DNA of 64,000 bases from Mytilus trossulus. Its lineage: Eukaryota. The stretch spans positions 40,858,001-40,922,000 of the forward strand of contig NC_086375.1 of assembly GCF_036588685.1 (NCBI RefSeq), written 5' to 3'. A model generated the notes under the pieces. The model ran no database searches. It was given only the letters and a program-made list of their open reading frames with translations, and had not been told where the DNA came from. The position numbers were made by a program, and so were the translations under genes. Every line of letters begins with the position of its first letter. Within the stretch, counting starts at the first letter, position 1. Below are positions 12,548 to 24,201 of the stretch, piece by piece.

Positions 12548-12561
12548 ATTTTTGTCAATAG
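12548..12561 (+). CDS. Ig/chitin-binding modular protein, last coding exon (DFCQ-stop)
   Basis: cttttag acceptor followed by at ttt tgt caa tag, matching the DFC start of exon 4583. Probable 3' UTR continues to a donor at 12606 and an exon from 13530 with AATAAA signals near 13806-13874. Confidence 0.55.
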
Positions 12562-12849
12562 GAACGACAAAAACAGTTCCTGTTGGATTAAGACAAAATA
12601 TCAGAGGTATTTGTATATGCAAGTTAAGACTTTGTATTTGATGTAATCTTATTTGATATGAACAATTGAACAAATATAAACAAATGTACATAAACCAAGT
12701 CGCATGAAAAAAATAACCCCTTTTAAAAAATGCATGGTAAAACGATTAGAAAAAGATTTGCACAACTGCAAACGATGGCGAAATAATGTAATTGTCGATA
12801 ATCACTACTAAAATACGTATTGTGGGTATGGTGATCATTTGATGAGACT

Positions 12850-13055
12850 GTCATCAACGCGAGAGGGTAAGCGGTATAAAACCGGGTTTAATCCACCATT
12901 TTCTACATTTGAAAATGCATGTACCAAGTTAGGAATATGACAGTGCTTGTCCATTGGTTTTTGATGTGTTTTGTTATTAGATTGTGCCATGTGATTATGT
13001 GACTTTCCGAATTGATTTTCCTCTAAATTCAGTATTTTGGTGATTTTACTTTTTA
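12850..13055 (+). repeat. Interspersed repeat family; copies also at ~9620-9725, 29270-29405, 59260-59470 and reverse at 61690-61815
   Basis: Shared taccaagtcaggaatatgacag...ttgtccattcgttttt...ttttgccatgtgattatg...ttcagtatttttg. Confidence 0.7.
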
Positions 13056-16010
13056 CAACACCGCTACTGGTTAATTAGTAACCGATGATTCGCAATACTA
13101 AGTAGATAGTTAGTCTATGTTTGTATGATTCAAATGATACATTCAATTTGAATTTTCAAGTTCAAAATACAATTTATTGTTTCAAAGCTTAAATTCCGAA
13201 TCCTTCAAGAAGATTTAACCGTTAACGGCTTAATTGTTCATTTATGGTCATACAAAATACATCATGGTCACTCACGTTCAAATAAAGTCTATATATATAT
13301 ATATATATATCTTTTAAAGAATTTAAATTATTATCTTTATTATCTTTTAAAGAATGATATAGGACAGGCTTAAACTTTTTATAGTCATAAATGCATTCTC
13401 AATTCACTTGTATCACTAATTTGATGCATGTTTATATTCAAAACAGGAGGGGGGGGCAATGAAAAGCTTGTTTGAATTTGAATGATACATCGTTATATAC
13501 ATTTTGTTTATAACTTTCTTACTTTGCAGGTTCTGTGTGAAATCCAGTACGTGGATATACTTTCCTACAACCATTCAGATTATCCTGTTTATGTCTCATC
13601 AATATTTTTATTGGAACATTTAGAGAATATATTTGTGTAGTCATTGACATAAATGAACATGTAACAATGTGTTGTTTAAAGATTCACATTAAACTCATCA
13701 TGTTTATCTAGACGAAGTTCAAGCTTGATCGGAATATTGCATTAATTGTTCATATATCAATATGTTGTCTAGTTTACAAACAGAACATCATGATCATTTG
13801 AATGTAATAAACAATAAAGAATTATTCCATTTATACTACATATTTCAATTTCTTGATAGTAAAATGTGAATAAAAATTATCAATTAGCCTTGCTTCTTGA
13901 ACCTTTGAACTTGTAAATTCAATGTCATATACAGACACACAAAAATTGAACTCCTCAACAATGCTTAAATGGTTTTACAAGAACTAGTGTAATCTTACAA
14001 TTTAAGGTGGAAAATGATTTTAAAAGTGAAGAGCTTGTCTTTGATTTCCATTTTACTGAAACGAAACCATCCCTTTCAATTCAAGACTTTACAGAGGTGC
14101 AATGAGTATCGTATGACTATGAGATTTAGATTCAAGAGATTGTCTATCAAAGGCGTTATACAAAGATATGTAATGGCACGTGTCTGTCAAGTTATAATTT
14201 GTAATTCCGTTTAACCCTCATTGACTTTCTTGTCATACGTCTGACAATAATCATGAATATTTTACATATTTTAGTTAGAAGGCATATGATTAACACACAT
14301 ATTCGTTTCCACTTGCATGAATAACCATCGCGATTGTTTGCCTTAAAACAAAAAAGTCCAAATAAAGATTACTGTGGACAATATTAATCAAATTGCCTTC
14401 TATTAAAATATTTGATTATTGACGTTTTTTTTTTATATATAAAACTACATCCTCAAAGAGTTTATGTTTTTTCATCATGCAAAAAATCAAGGAGGTTACT
14501 AACATAATAGGAATTTATACAAGCAAAAAACAACAAAAGTACTGTATTAGGGAAGCCTTACTAAGTTGAGAAATTAATCCATGTGTCGTTTTTTTAACAA
14601 TAAAAAAATATTAAAACTAAGAAAAGTACTTGGATTAATTGGTTAATGTTTTGAAATGTGATAGGTATGTACATGACAGCCAACCTAGGTGCACAACAAT
14701 TAAATAGGTTGTTAAAAAAAAAAATCTGATCAAAATCTTCAGACATTTATTGCCATTAAGTTATTGGTTTCTCGTACTCTTATTCGCCGGTAGCATTTCT
14801 GTATGCACTGACTAAAACTACAAGACCTAACGATGGAATAAAGCAACAGCAAAGCACAAGTAGGAGGGGAAACCTTAATTAAAAGAATGTAAACACACGA
14901 GTACTGGAAGGTTAATCGTGTTAAAAGAATAGTTAGATGATAAAACACACGAAATCGGTTATCCACTGTTATGTATTGCAGAGTTTGATTAAAGAATGGA
15001 AACTCAAAGGAAATATAAAAGAAGATACCTCACTTTATCGACTCACTTTTTTTGCAAGTCTTCCATGAATGAGTCTGCGTTGATTGGTTATCACATCTTG
15101 ATACGGTAAACCTCGACAACAAACCCATAAAATAAAAAAATGAGATAAAGTTTCCGGTCAACAATCACCGAATGAAATTATTGTTTTCGATACTACATTA
15201 TGGGTTCGTTTTTAAAAAAAATCGTACAGAGAGGATTTATGTGTAGTTCAGGTACCATTGTTTCCCTTATAATAGAAACAAGGCTTTCAATTTGGTACGC
15301 AAGACACGCGTTTTGTCTACATAAGACTCGGTAAAGACGCTCAGTTCAAAATAGTTTAAGAGCTAAACAAGTATTTCGAATAATGTTTACTTTTGCGAAC
15401 AATAAATTTATAAGTCTTTGTTAATTTTTCACTTTTCAAAGCATTATGAATAATTCATCTTTGTTTCAAATAAAAAAAAAATACATGACATGAGTAAATT
15501 TTCATCCTGTCAGTATTACAGACAAAAATTAACATACTAGTTCTTTCATAAAAGACAATAACCATCACTGGAAGTTTTCCAATCAAATATTCATCCCCTA
15601 CCTAATCTGTTTATAAGCTTTAATAGTAACCCTCAGGTCTACAAAATGTTTAATGGAAACAATAAATAAAAAAGATTGGTGCTTTGATTCACTCACGATA
15701 ATGTTATTGACTAAAATAAGAAACGTATTACTGCAATGAGATGTCAGATGCAAGAGAAAAAAATTTCGACGCTTTTATGTATGCATCTATGATTTGGTGG
15801 TATTACACCTATATGTATACATTGGCTGAATATTTAAAAATACACAACACGCTTTTTTATGAGTTTAGACCTAACATTTAGGGGTTTTTGTCTAGAACAA
15901 TCAGGGGTTATCCCTTTTCAGTCAATGGAATTTGCCTTTTTAATTTTTTTGTAATATATCAGTAGTCCTCCAATCATAGTGTTGTTTTTGCCTCTTTGAC
16001 TTGTGATTGC

Positions 16011-16156
16011 TGTCGAGAATGCCGCGTTTTACTGTTATGTATCTATGGTTGACGTCAGGGAGACGTCGCCTGAGCAGTTCTGATATAATGAAGTAAACGT
16101 CAAACTGTATGGTTGTTATTGTTTTCTGTATACGATATTAGAAGTTAGCCTCGACA
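16011..16156 (+). repeat. 5' LTR (146 bp)
   Basis: Direct repeat of 21975-22137, differing by a 17-bp deletion and one substitution. Confidence 0.95.
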
Positions 16157-16160
16157 TTTA

Positions 16161-16174
16161 TGGTGCCGTGACCA
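16161..16174 (+). promoter_or_regulatory. Primer binding site complementary to the tRNA-His 3' end
   Basis: TGGTGCCGTGACCA, 4 nt after the 5' LTR; reverse complement of ...TGGTCACGGCA-CCA of invertebrate tRNA-His(GTG). Confidence 0.85.
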
Positions 16175-16183
16175 AAAAAGAAA

Positions 16184-18754
16184 ATGGACACAAAGCTGAA
16201 AGACGTTCATTCCGGGCATAAAGGAGCAATTACAAGACTTTGGAAGAACTTTGGTGAGATACGAGACCTTTCCGAAATAGAAATTGAGGACGTCACAGCT
16301 ATTTTAGATTCCGTGTTACAGAAAAGGGATATTCTTAAAGATCTGAATGATAAAATTGTGGAAGCAAGCTCGGATGAAGACGTGGTGGATAAAATTCAAC
16401 AAACAGATGAGTACATGTTTGATTTAGATTCAAAAATTCGTCAAATTAGAAAACTCATTAATCCCTCCCAATCGAAAAGTCAAAATTTACCCGTCAATAC
16501 TACAGTTTTTCAAGCTAGTCACGTTACTCCCTCTGATACACCCATGCATACCTTGATTTCGCCTACAGCAAATAGTGTACCCGCAAGCGACTCCTCTCAA
16601 TTGAACCCGCACGCCAATTGTTTCACGTCAACATCTCATGTACAATCGAATGCAGCCTCGTTTTATACAAGTAACCCCGCTATATCAGAGATTATTCCTG
16701 CTACGAACGCGTCTATGCATATTCCAAGTTTACATTCGTCTTCTAGCACAAATAATCAGTACCACAAATTACCAAAGTTGAACTTGCCTACGTTTAAAGG
16801 GAATATTTTAGATTGGCAATCCTTTTGGGATTCTTATGAGACATCTATACACACAAATCCAACGCTCAGCGACGCACAGAAGTTTAACTACTTTAAGTCA
16901 CTACTACAGGGAGAAGCGTTTCAGACCATATCAGGTTTTTCGATGAAAAACACTAACTACGGCAAAGCTATTTCGTTGTTACAAGAGAGGTATGGACAGA
17001 TACATACTATAATACAAACATACATGCAAGCTCTACTTGAGATTTCGCCGCCGATTTATACTTTAGTAAGCCTCCGCAATTATTATGACAAAACTGAAAC
17101 TTACGTACGAGGTCTAGAGTCACTCGGACAGACTACAGACACTTATAGTTCACTACTGGTACCCATTATTCTGAACAAGTTGCCCGCAGAAATACGCCAA
17201 AACCTAGCAAGACAACACGGACCGTCAAGTTGGAATTTGAAAGATTTAAGGAAGAGTATACTGAACGAAATTCAAATCATGGAGGCAGGACAAAATGCAG
17301 GTACTTATCTTGATTCTATAGACCACCAGTTTGCAAACTCATCTATAAGCACGTTTCACACAGGAAATAATTCACCACAAGGAAACACAACACACAACGC
17401 GAAGAAAAGCCAGCCCCGGAATATTAAGGAGAGACCATGTGTTTTTTGTAAAGACATACATCCACCAACATACTGTACCAAGGTTAGTGATCATAAAGCC
17501 CGCATAGCTATAGTCAAACGAGACAATTTGTGCTTAAATTGTTTAGGAAATCATCATGCTAATGAGTGTAAATCTAAAAGAACGTGTAGACACTGTGACA
17601 AGAGACATCATTCCAGCTTATGTAATGTAAGTAACCATGGTAACAGGGAAACTGCAAACAACCCAGATATACAGAATAATCAAAGTCAGAATCAATCTAC
17701 ATCTGTAAGTCTCATCAATACTACGGAAAACAAGGAAGATACGCACATTTTACATTCATCGACAAAGATGCGCACAACTGTGCTATTGAAGACGGATGTA
17801 GCTCCTGTATGGTCAGGTAGTATATGTACGGATACGAATATTTTATTTGATGAAGGTGCACAAAGATCTTTTTTAACAGATGATCTAGCGAAAACATTGA
17901 ATTTGAAAACTGAAGGAGTTGAAGTTGTACACTTATCGGCATTTGGAAAGGAAAACACCAGCACGAGAGAACTACGTAAATCCACCGTGCACATTGAAAC
18001 AGGAAATAGACGTAAATTTCCAATTAAAGTTCTAATTGTACCTACAATAGCAGTCCCACTTCAGAATCACATGCGCAACGTTAACCGAGATATGAACTAT
18101 CTAAAAGGATTGAGACTTGCTCATCCAGTTACCAAAGAAGATTCTTTTGAAATTTCTTTACTTATTGGTGCCGACTATTATTGGGATTTTATTGAAGACG
18201 AGATTATACGAGGAGATGGACCGACCGCGGTAAGATCAAAGCTTGGGTATTTGCTATCAGGACCCTTACAGTCAGGTATAGCACGTTCGTCTACGACAGC
18301 TGGCATCTTTAACTTACTAGTTTCGCACAAATCAGAAGAATTTAATTTGGAAGCGTTCTGGAAACTTGAATCGATAGGCATAGATTCATCCGAAAATCAA
18401 GAGAAAGAGACAAATTATTTGAAAGACTATCAGGAGTCATCAATTGAATTTCTAGGAGATAGGTATTCGGCGAAATTGCCATGGAAACAAGATTACGAAG
18501 AATTACCGTCAAATTATGATGTTGCAAAAAGGAGAACGGCGAATGTTATCAGAAGAATAGGCAAAGATGCGACCATGTTAAAGAAATACGGAGATATTAT
18601 AAAGGAACAGGAACGTCGCGGATTTATTGTGAGGGTTGATGAATTAGAACCAACAATTAACAAGGTACATTATATACCACACCATGCCGTTGTTAAGAAA
18701 GATTCCAGTACAACACCAATACGTATGCTTATCCAAGATCTTGGTAAGATTTAG
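16184..18754 (+). CDS. BEL/Pao Gag-protease and RT N-terminus (first part of a broken polyprotein)
   Basis: LPKLNLPTFKGNILDWQSFWD gag motif; CVFC..H....C, CLNCLGNHHANEC and CRHCDKRHHSSLC knuckles; ILFDEGAQRSF aspartic protease; YIPHHAV...TTPIR RT start. Confidence 0.9.
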   Translation: MDTKLKDVHSGHKGAITRLWKNFGEIRDLSEIEIEDVTAILDSVLQKRDILKDLNDKIVEASSDEDVVDKIQQTDEYMFDLDSKIRQIRKLINPSQSKSQNLPVNTTVFQASHVTPSDTPMHTLISPTANSVPASDSSQLNPHANCFTSTSHVQSNAASFYTSNPAISEIIPATNASMHIPSLHSSSSTNNQYHKLPKLNLPTFKGNILDWQSFWDSYETSIHTNPTLSDAQKFNYFKSLLQGEAFQTISGFSMKNTNYGKAISLLQERYGQIHTIIQTYMQALLEISPPIYTLVSLRNYYDKTETYVRGLESLGQTTDTYSSLLVPIILNKLPAEIRQNLARQHGPSSWNLKDLRKSILNEIQIMEAGQNAGTYLDSIDHQFANSSISTFHTGNNSPQGNTTHNAKKSQPRNIKERPCVFCKDIHPPTYCTKVSDHKARIAIVKRDNLCLNCLGNHHANECKSKRTCRHCDKRHHSSLCNVSNHGNRETANNPDIQNNQSQNQSTSVSLINTTENKEDTHILHSSTKMRTTVLLKTDVAPVWSGSICTDTNILFDEGAQRSFLTDDLAKTLNLKTEGVEVVHLSAFGKENTSTRELRKSTVHIETGNRRKFPIKVLIVPTIAVPLQNHMRNVNRDMNYLKGLRLAHPVTKEDSFEISLLIGADYYWDFIEDEIIRGDGPTAVRSKLGYLLSGPLQSGIARSSTTAGIFNLLVSHKSEEFNLEAFWKLESIGIDSSENQEKETNYLKDYQESSIEFLGDRYSAKLPWKQDYEELPSNYDVAKRRTANVIRRIGKDATMLKKYGDIIKEQERRGFIVRVDELEPTINKVHYIPHHAVVKKDSSTTPIRMLIQDLGKI

Positions 18755-21677
18755 ACTTCATCGTTATGCTATCACTACCGATATTGAGAAGGCTTTTTTA
18801 CATGTACATGATGTAGGACTCAACAAAGACGACCGAGATGTAACACGATTTCTATGGTTAAGTAACCCTTCAGACGTAACCAGTCCGTTAATGACGTATA
18901 GATTTAAAGTGGTACTATTTGGAGCAACTTGCTCACCATTTATCTTGAGCACTACTCTGTTAAAACATTTACAGCAAACCAACAGTAATACCGCAAGAAT
19001 GCTTGAACGTGATTTATATGTGGATAACATTTTGACTAGCATTGACAGAGAGAGTGTCACTTTAAACTTCTTTGAGCAAGCAAGGGAAATGATGAGTAAG
19101 GCAGGATTTAATTTGAGGTCTTGGAATTCGAACAGCATAAAGGTACGACAACAAGCAGTATCTCAGAAAGTTTTAGACACGGACACAGACACGAAAGTAT
19201 TGGGAATGAGATGGAATAGTCACACAGATTATATTTTCTATCCACACAAATGCAAGGAAGAAAGTACGACAAAACTTGTAACTAAACGAGAAATATTGAG
19301 ATATTCGTCAGGAATTTACGATCTGCTAGGATTACTGAGTCCAGTGACAATAACGGCTAAAATTTTGTTGCAAGAAATATGGAAACTTGGATTACAATGG
19401 GACAGTATAATAGAGGGAGACCTATGTAACCAATGGATCGGTATACGCGAGAATATTGAGACCGCTACACAAACAGTATTTCCTCGATATTATTTCGCTG
19501 AGACTACAGGATCAACACAACACAGTCTTCACATATTTGTTGACGCAAGTACAAAGGCATATGGTGCGGTAGGATATATATGCAATGGACAAGAGACAGC
19601 ACTTGTAATGGCAAAGTCACGAGTAGCTCCGTTAAAGGAACTGACACTCCCACAACTTGAGTTAATTGCAGCCGTAATCGGAGCACGCTTAGCTAAACAC
19701 CTTCAATCAACGTTGGAGTGCGAAAACATCACATTTTGGTCGGATAGTCAGATTGTTTTACACTGGCTTAAGTCAACAAAGACATTAAAACGTTTCATAC
19801 AAAATCGTGCGAATGAAATAAACGAATTGACAAAATCATGGGAATGGAAGTATTGCCCTACAAGCGATAACCCAGCTGATCTAGTAACACGAGGGATAAC
19901 AGCCGAACAATACACAAACAGCACATTATGGATTAAAGGTCCGCATTGGTTAACAGACAGTTCAACATACCCAAAATCAACATTAATCGACACGTCTTTA
20001 TCAGTTTTGTTAACAGAAAATGAAAGTACATGTAATAGCCAACCAAAGGACGATTCGATTTGTAAATTTGGAATTAACTTTATTATTGATATTGAACGTT
20101 ATTCGTCGTACCAGAAACTGTTACGTATCACGTCATATGTACTACGATTTATAGAAAACTGTAGAATTGAAAGGAGTTTAAGGACACTAGAACATTTAAA
20201 ACCAAGTGAATTATCCAAATCTGTTGAGTTATGGGTTCGAAATTGTCAGGAAACGGCTTTTGCTACGGAATATAACGCATTGAAGTTTAACAGTAAATCA
20301 CGGGACAGTTTACCGAGAATCAGACAATTAAGATTATTTCTTGACGACAAGAACATCCTCAGATGTGGAGGAAGAATCCAGAATGCACCCTTATCGGAGT
20401 CCACCAAATTTCCGTTTATCTTACCTAACGATCATACAATTTTTAAACTTATTGTATTAGATGCCCATGAAAGAATTTGTCATTCTGGAGTAAATGCCAC
20501 AATCGTACATTTGAGACAAAGTTTTTGGATATCCGCAATCCGACAGTTTGTTCGTAAAACACCTAGGAAATGTGTTACTTGTAGAAAGGTTGTTGGACAA
20601 CCATATGCAGCACCGGATCCACTGCCATTGCCTAAAATTCGACTACAAGAAGCTGGTCCTTTTACAGCTACAGGGATAGATTTCACAGGCGCATTACAAG
20701 TTAAAGATAACGAAAATGTCATAAAGAAAGTCTACATATGTTTATTCACTTGTGCCTCTACTAGAGCGATACACCTTGAAGTCGTTACAAATTTGTCAGA
20801 AGAAACATTTTTACAAGCTTTTCGGCGCTTTTCAAGCAGAAAATCTTTACCAAAAGTAGTTATGTCAGACAATGGTTCTACTTTTGTATCCGCGTCAGAA
20901 GACATCAAACAACTTTGTAATTCAAAAAAGTTAAAAGAGACATTATCAGCCCAAGGAATCGACTGGTTTTTCATCCCTAAACGTGCTCTATGGTTTGGTG
21001 GATGGTGGGGGCGTCTTATTGGAATGACGAAAACGAATTTGAAAAAAGTACTAGGAAAATCACTTGTAAATTTAGAGACTCTTCAGACAATCGTTACAGA
21101 GATAGAATCCGTCTTAAATGATCGACCCTTAACATATGTGTCTTCAGACCCGGAGGATCTTCAACCACTTACACCAGCTCATCTTCTTTATGGACGTAGG
21201 ATAAATACATTACCGTACATGGATACTCGTGAAATTGACATGTTTAATGAGACATTTATGAACAAAACAAAGTTTATCAAACGTGTTCAAAGACAATCAT
21301 TACTCTTACAACAATTCTGGAACAGATGGAAAACAGAGTATTTGACGTCATTGCGTGAATTCCACAAGAAAACGGGAAACAATTCCACTATAATCAGAAT
21401 AGGCGATGTAGTTCAGATTCATGATGAAAACAGAAGAATAATGTGGAAAACCGGGCTAGTGGAAAACCTAACCAAAGGAAATGATGGACTAGTTCGTTCC
21501 GCTATTATTCGAACCAAAACGGGAACCACATCACGTCTGATCGTCAAGTTGTATCCCCTTGAACTTTGTACAGACATCGAAACATCAAAGGACGAAGAAG
21601 CTCGACAGAAGAAAGAACCAAGTGCGACCACAAGCCGGATGTTGCCAAACCGAGAAGCAGCCAGAAGAGCCAGGTAA
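18727..21677 (+). pseudogene. BEL/Pao pol (RT, RNase H, integrase), frameshifted from gag by a deletion, integrase catalytic Glu lost
   Basis: DIEKAFL, FGATCSPF, YVDN; LHIFVDAS and WSDSQ RNase H; H..H..C..C zinc finger; GIDFTG, SDNG, and WWGRL where WWERL is expected. Confidence 0.88.
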
Positions 21678-21974
21678 AATATTAAAAAATGGACTAAATA
21701 ATGCGTAAACTATTAACTGTTCAGATTTATTATGGACTTTTACGAATATTCTTGATTTAATTGTCTAAGTGAACAAGTGCGCGGAAAATATAGACACTGT
21801 TAATTATCGAAATAGACTAATTTGGGATTTAATTGAAAGATAACTAGTCTGGAAGCAAGTGACTGTGCTTAAGTTTTAAGTTTAAGTTTTGAATTTGAGA
21901 GACAGTAAATTTAATTCATTTTTTTTTCTTGATTGTAATTTAATTTTGATATTTACTTTTCGCCGCCCGGAGAA

Positions 21975-22137
21975 TGTCGAGAATACCGCGGGAGTCAAGA
22001 CATCGCGTTTTACTGTTATGTATCTATGGTTGACGTCAGGGAGACGTCGCCTGAGCAGTTCTGATATAATGAAGTAAACGTCAAACTGTATGGTTGTTAT
22101 TGTTTTCTGTATACGATATTAGAAGTTAGCCTCGACA
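21975..22137 (+). repeat. 3' LTR (163 bp), preceded by a short purine-rich tract (cggagaa)
   Basis: Direct repeat of the 5' LTR, followed by TSD ATTGC. Confidence 0.95.
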
Positions 22138-22656
22138 ATTGCCTCCTTGGTCATATTTATTTAAAATCAAACTTCTGATTAAATTTGTATAAGATAGTAC
22201 AATAGAACACATTGGATTGAAATATATTTCATTAAGTTGTATTCCTTATCAATTAACGTACGTATTACGAAACCTTTTATCATATTAAAAATTGTCATTT
22301 TATCGGAAATTGTTTTCACATAAATAATTTAGTACGTTGTTCGGTAATTTTAACAGTATTTATTAACCAATATATGTAAATTCTAAATAAATTTTGACAT
22401 GCAAACGTAAAGAAATTAAAATCCTAATTAGCATCAATGATTAATTATTTTTTCAGCATGGGTGTAGATAGTAAAATTAAATGACGTTGTGGGTCATGAA
22501 ATTAATTTGACTAGTCCGAACATCACGAAGTGTAATTAAAAATTTAGTTTAATTCAGTATTTGCCTTTGCTAATTTGAATTTCAAGAAGAATGCATGTCC
22601 GTGAATACTTCGAAAAATAGTTTTAGTAGCATACCTACTTTTAACATAATACAGAA

Positions 22657-22723
22657 ATGGAGTTTTTGTCGATATCAACGTATTTAGTTTTCTTATTTAT
22701 AGCTATCTGCAATGCTCAAAGAG
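22657..22723 (+). CDS. Pif/LamG3-like secreted protein, exon 1 (signal peptide)
   Basis: MEFLSISTYLVFLFIAICNAQR then G|gtaagt; hydrophobic core with a CNA cleavage context; phase matches the next exon. Confidence 0.75.
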
Positions 22724-22840
22724 GTAAGTTACATATTTATTTATTTAATTATTATTATTCGTGTTAAAATCTTATAATATTTTTCCATGAATAAGGAGTT
22801 AGGTTTTTGTTTTATTGAAAATTATTAGCAAATCGCTTCG

Positions 22841-23117
22841 TGGTCAGCACTTTGGTGTTGACATGAATGTCAATTATATGGTCATTTTTATAAATTTCTT
22901 GTTATAAAACTTTGAATTTTTCGAAAAACTAAGGACGTTCTTATCCCAGGAATAGATTACCTTAGCCGTATTTGGCACAACGTTTTGGAATTATTGGTCT
23001 TCAATTCTCTTCAACTTTGTACTGGTTTGGATTTATAAATATTTTGATCTGAGCGTCTTATGTAGATGAAGCGCCCGTCTGGCGAACTAAATTATAATTT
23101 TGGTACCTTTGATAACT
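22841..23117 (+). mobile_element. Retrozyme-type repeat, near-complete monomer with the hammerhead core deleted
   Basis: Same body as 54101-54375. gagcgtc|ttatgtag lacks 11 nt (actgatgagtc) that include CTGATGA. Confidence 0.75.
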
Positions 23118-23659
23118 ACTGACTTCGAATATTCATAAATAAAGGCAACAGTAGTATACAGCTGTTCAAAACTCATAACTTCATGAACAAAAAACAAAAT
23201 CGGGGTAACAAACTAAAACCGAGGGAAACGCATTAAATATAAGAGGAGCGCAACGACATAATACTAAAATGTAACACACACAGAAACGGACCGAGCATCA
23301 GACAAAATCCCACGAGAATAACAAATATAACATGAAAACCAAATACATGAATTTGGGATAGACAAGTACCGTGACACGTCTTATCGCAATGTAAATTTGA
23401 ACTCAAAAATAAAAGAGAAAACAAACGACGCAACGTTAAAATGCAACACACACACAGAAACGAACTATAATATAACAATGGCCATATTCCTGACTTGGTA
23501 ACATGGTTTTGTGGCATGCCAAACCTCGCACTTTTATAGCCATGTGAAATATAACACCAAAATGACAACACAACACCCCAGGACTACAATATAAATAAAT
23601 TGGAGAACACAATTGACAAAAAATCACACGAACAACAGCCAACTAAAGGCAACAAGTTA

Positions 23660-23960
23660 AAGTAAAATTTCAATACGTCAGAAGTGCATTTTGTCCACAC
23701 AACATCTACTAGTGACGCCCAGATACAAAGGTTTGAAAGCCGAAACAAGTACAAAGTTGAACAGCATCGAGGACCAAAAGATCACAAAAGTTGTGCCAAA
23801 AACGGCAAGGGTTTTCTGTTGGTTACCAGAACATCCCTATTATTTAGAATAATTTATTCTTGTGCAAACAGTAAATTTTATAAAATTACTATACAAAAGA
23901 TGTACATGATAAAACTAGAGTAATAACTATTTATAGGAAACAACTGAAATACATTACATA
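23660..23960 (-). mobile_element. Degenerate reverse copy of the retrozyme-type repeat
   Basis: Reverse-complement similarity (gtgacgcccagat, aaacaagtacaaagttgaa, aaagttgtgccaaa); core decayed. Confidence 0.55.
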
Positions 23961-24201
23961 ACCAGACATTTGCATCAAATAAAACATTTTCATATGAATA
24001 ATTTTAATCACAACTTTTTTCAACGTCTTATATCCAAAGATTTTTAAAGTACCCTTTACCTTGAATTCTTTAAACAGCGTTATGACAATGAGTTGTTGCA
24101 ATCAATTATTCAACAGTAATCACGGCAAGAGAAAAGCTAAAATTGCTTATACATTACTCATATATGTGTTTCAATTCTATCATTAATGCTTGTCGTTTCA
24201 G

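Larger units (their letters stand above)
16011..22137 (+). mobile_element. BEL/Pao LTR retrotransposon, full length, defective
   Basis: Two LTRs TGTCGAG...CTCGACA, 5-bp TSD ATTGC (16006-16010 and 22138-22142), primer binding site, and gag-PR-RT-RNaseH-IN order with BEL hallmarks (triple Cys/His gag knuckle, YVDN RT motif). Confidence 0.96.

Noticed and set aside
15295-15350. Hammerhead copies at ~15300, ~23680 and ~31296 as functional ribozymes
   Set aside because: The CUGANGA or GAAA core and stems are mutated.
18684-18754. Programmed ribosomal frameshift between gag and pol
   Set aside because: The frame change falls inside RT where a conserved motif block is missing, and BEL elements usually have one ORF. 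It is better explained by a deletion.
17692-21631. Antisense ORFs within the retrotransposon
   Set aside because: Shadow ORFs of the long sense frames, with no motifs.
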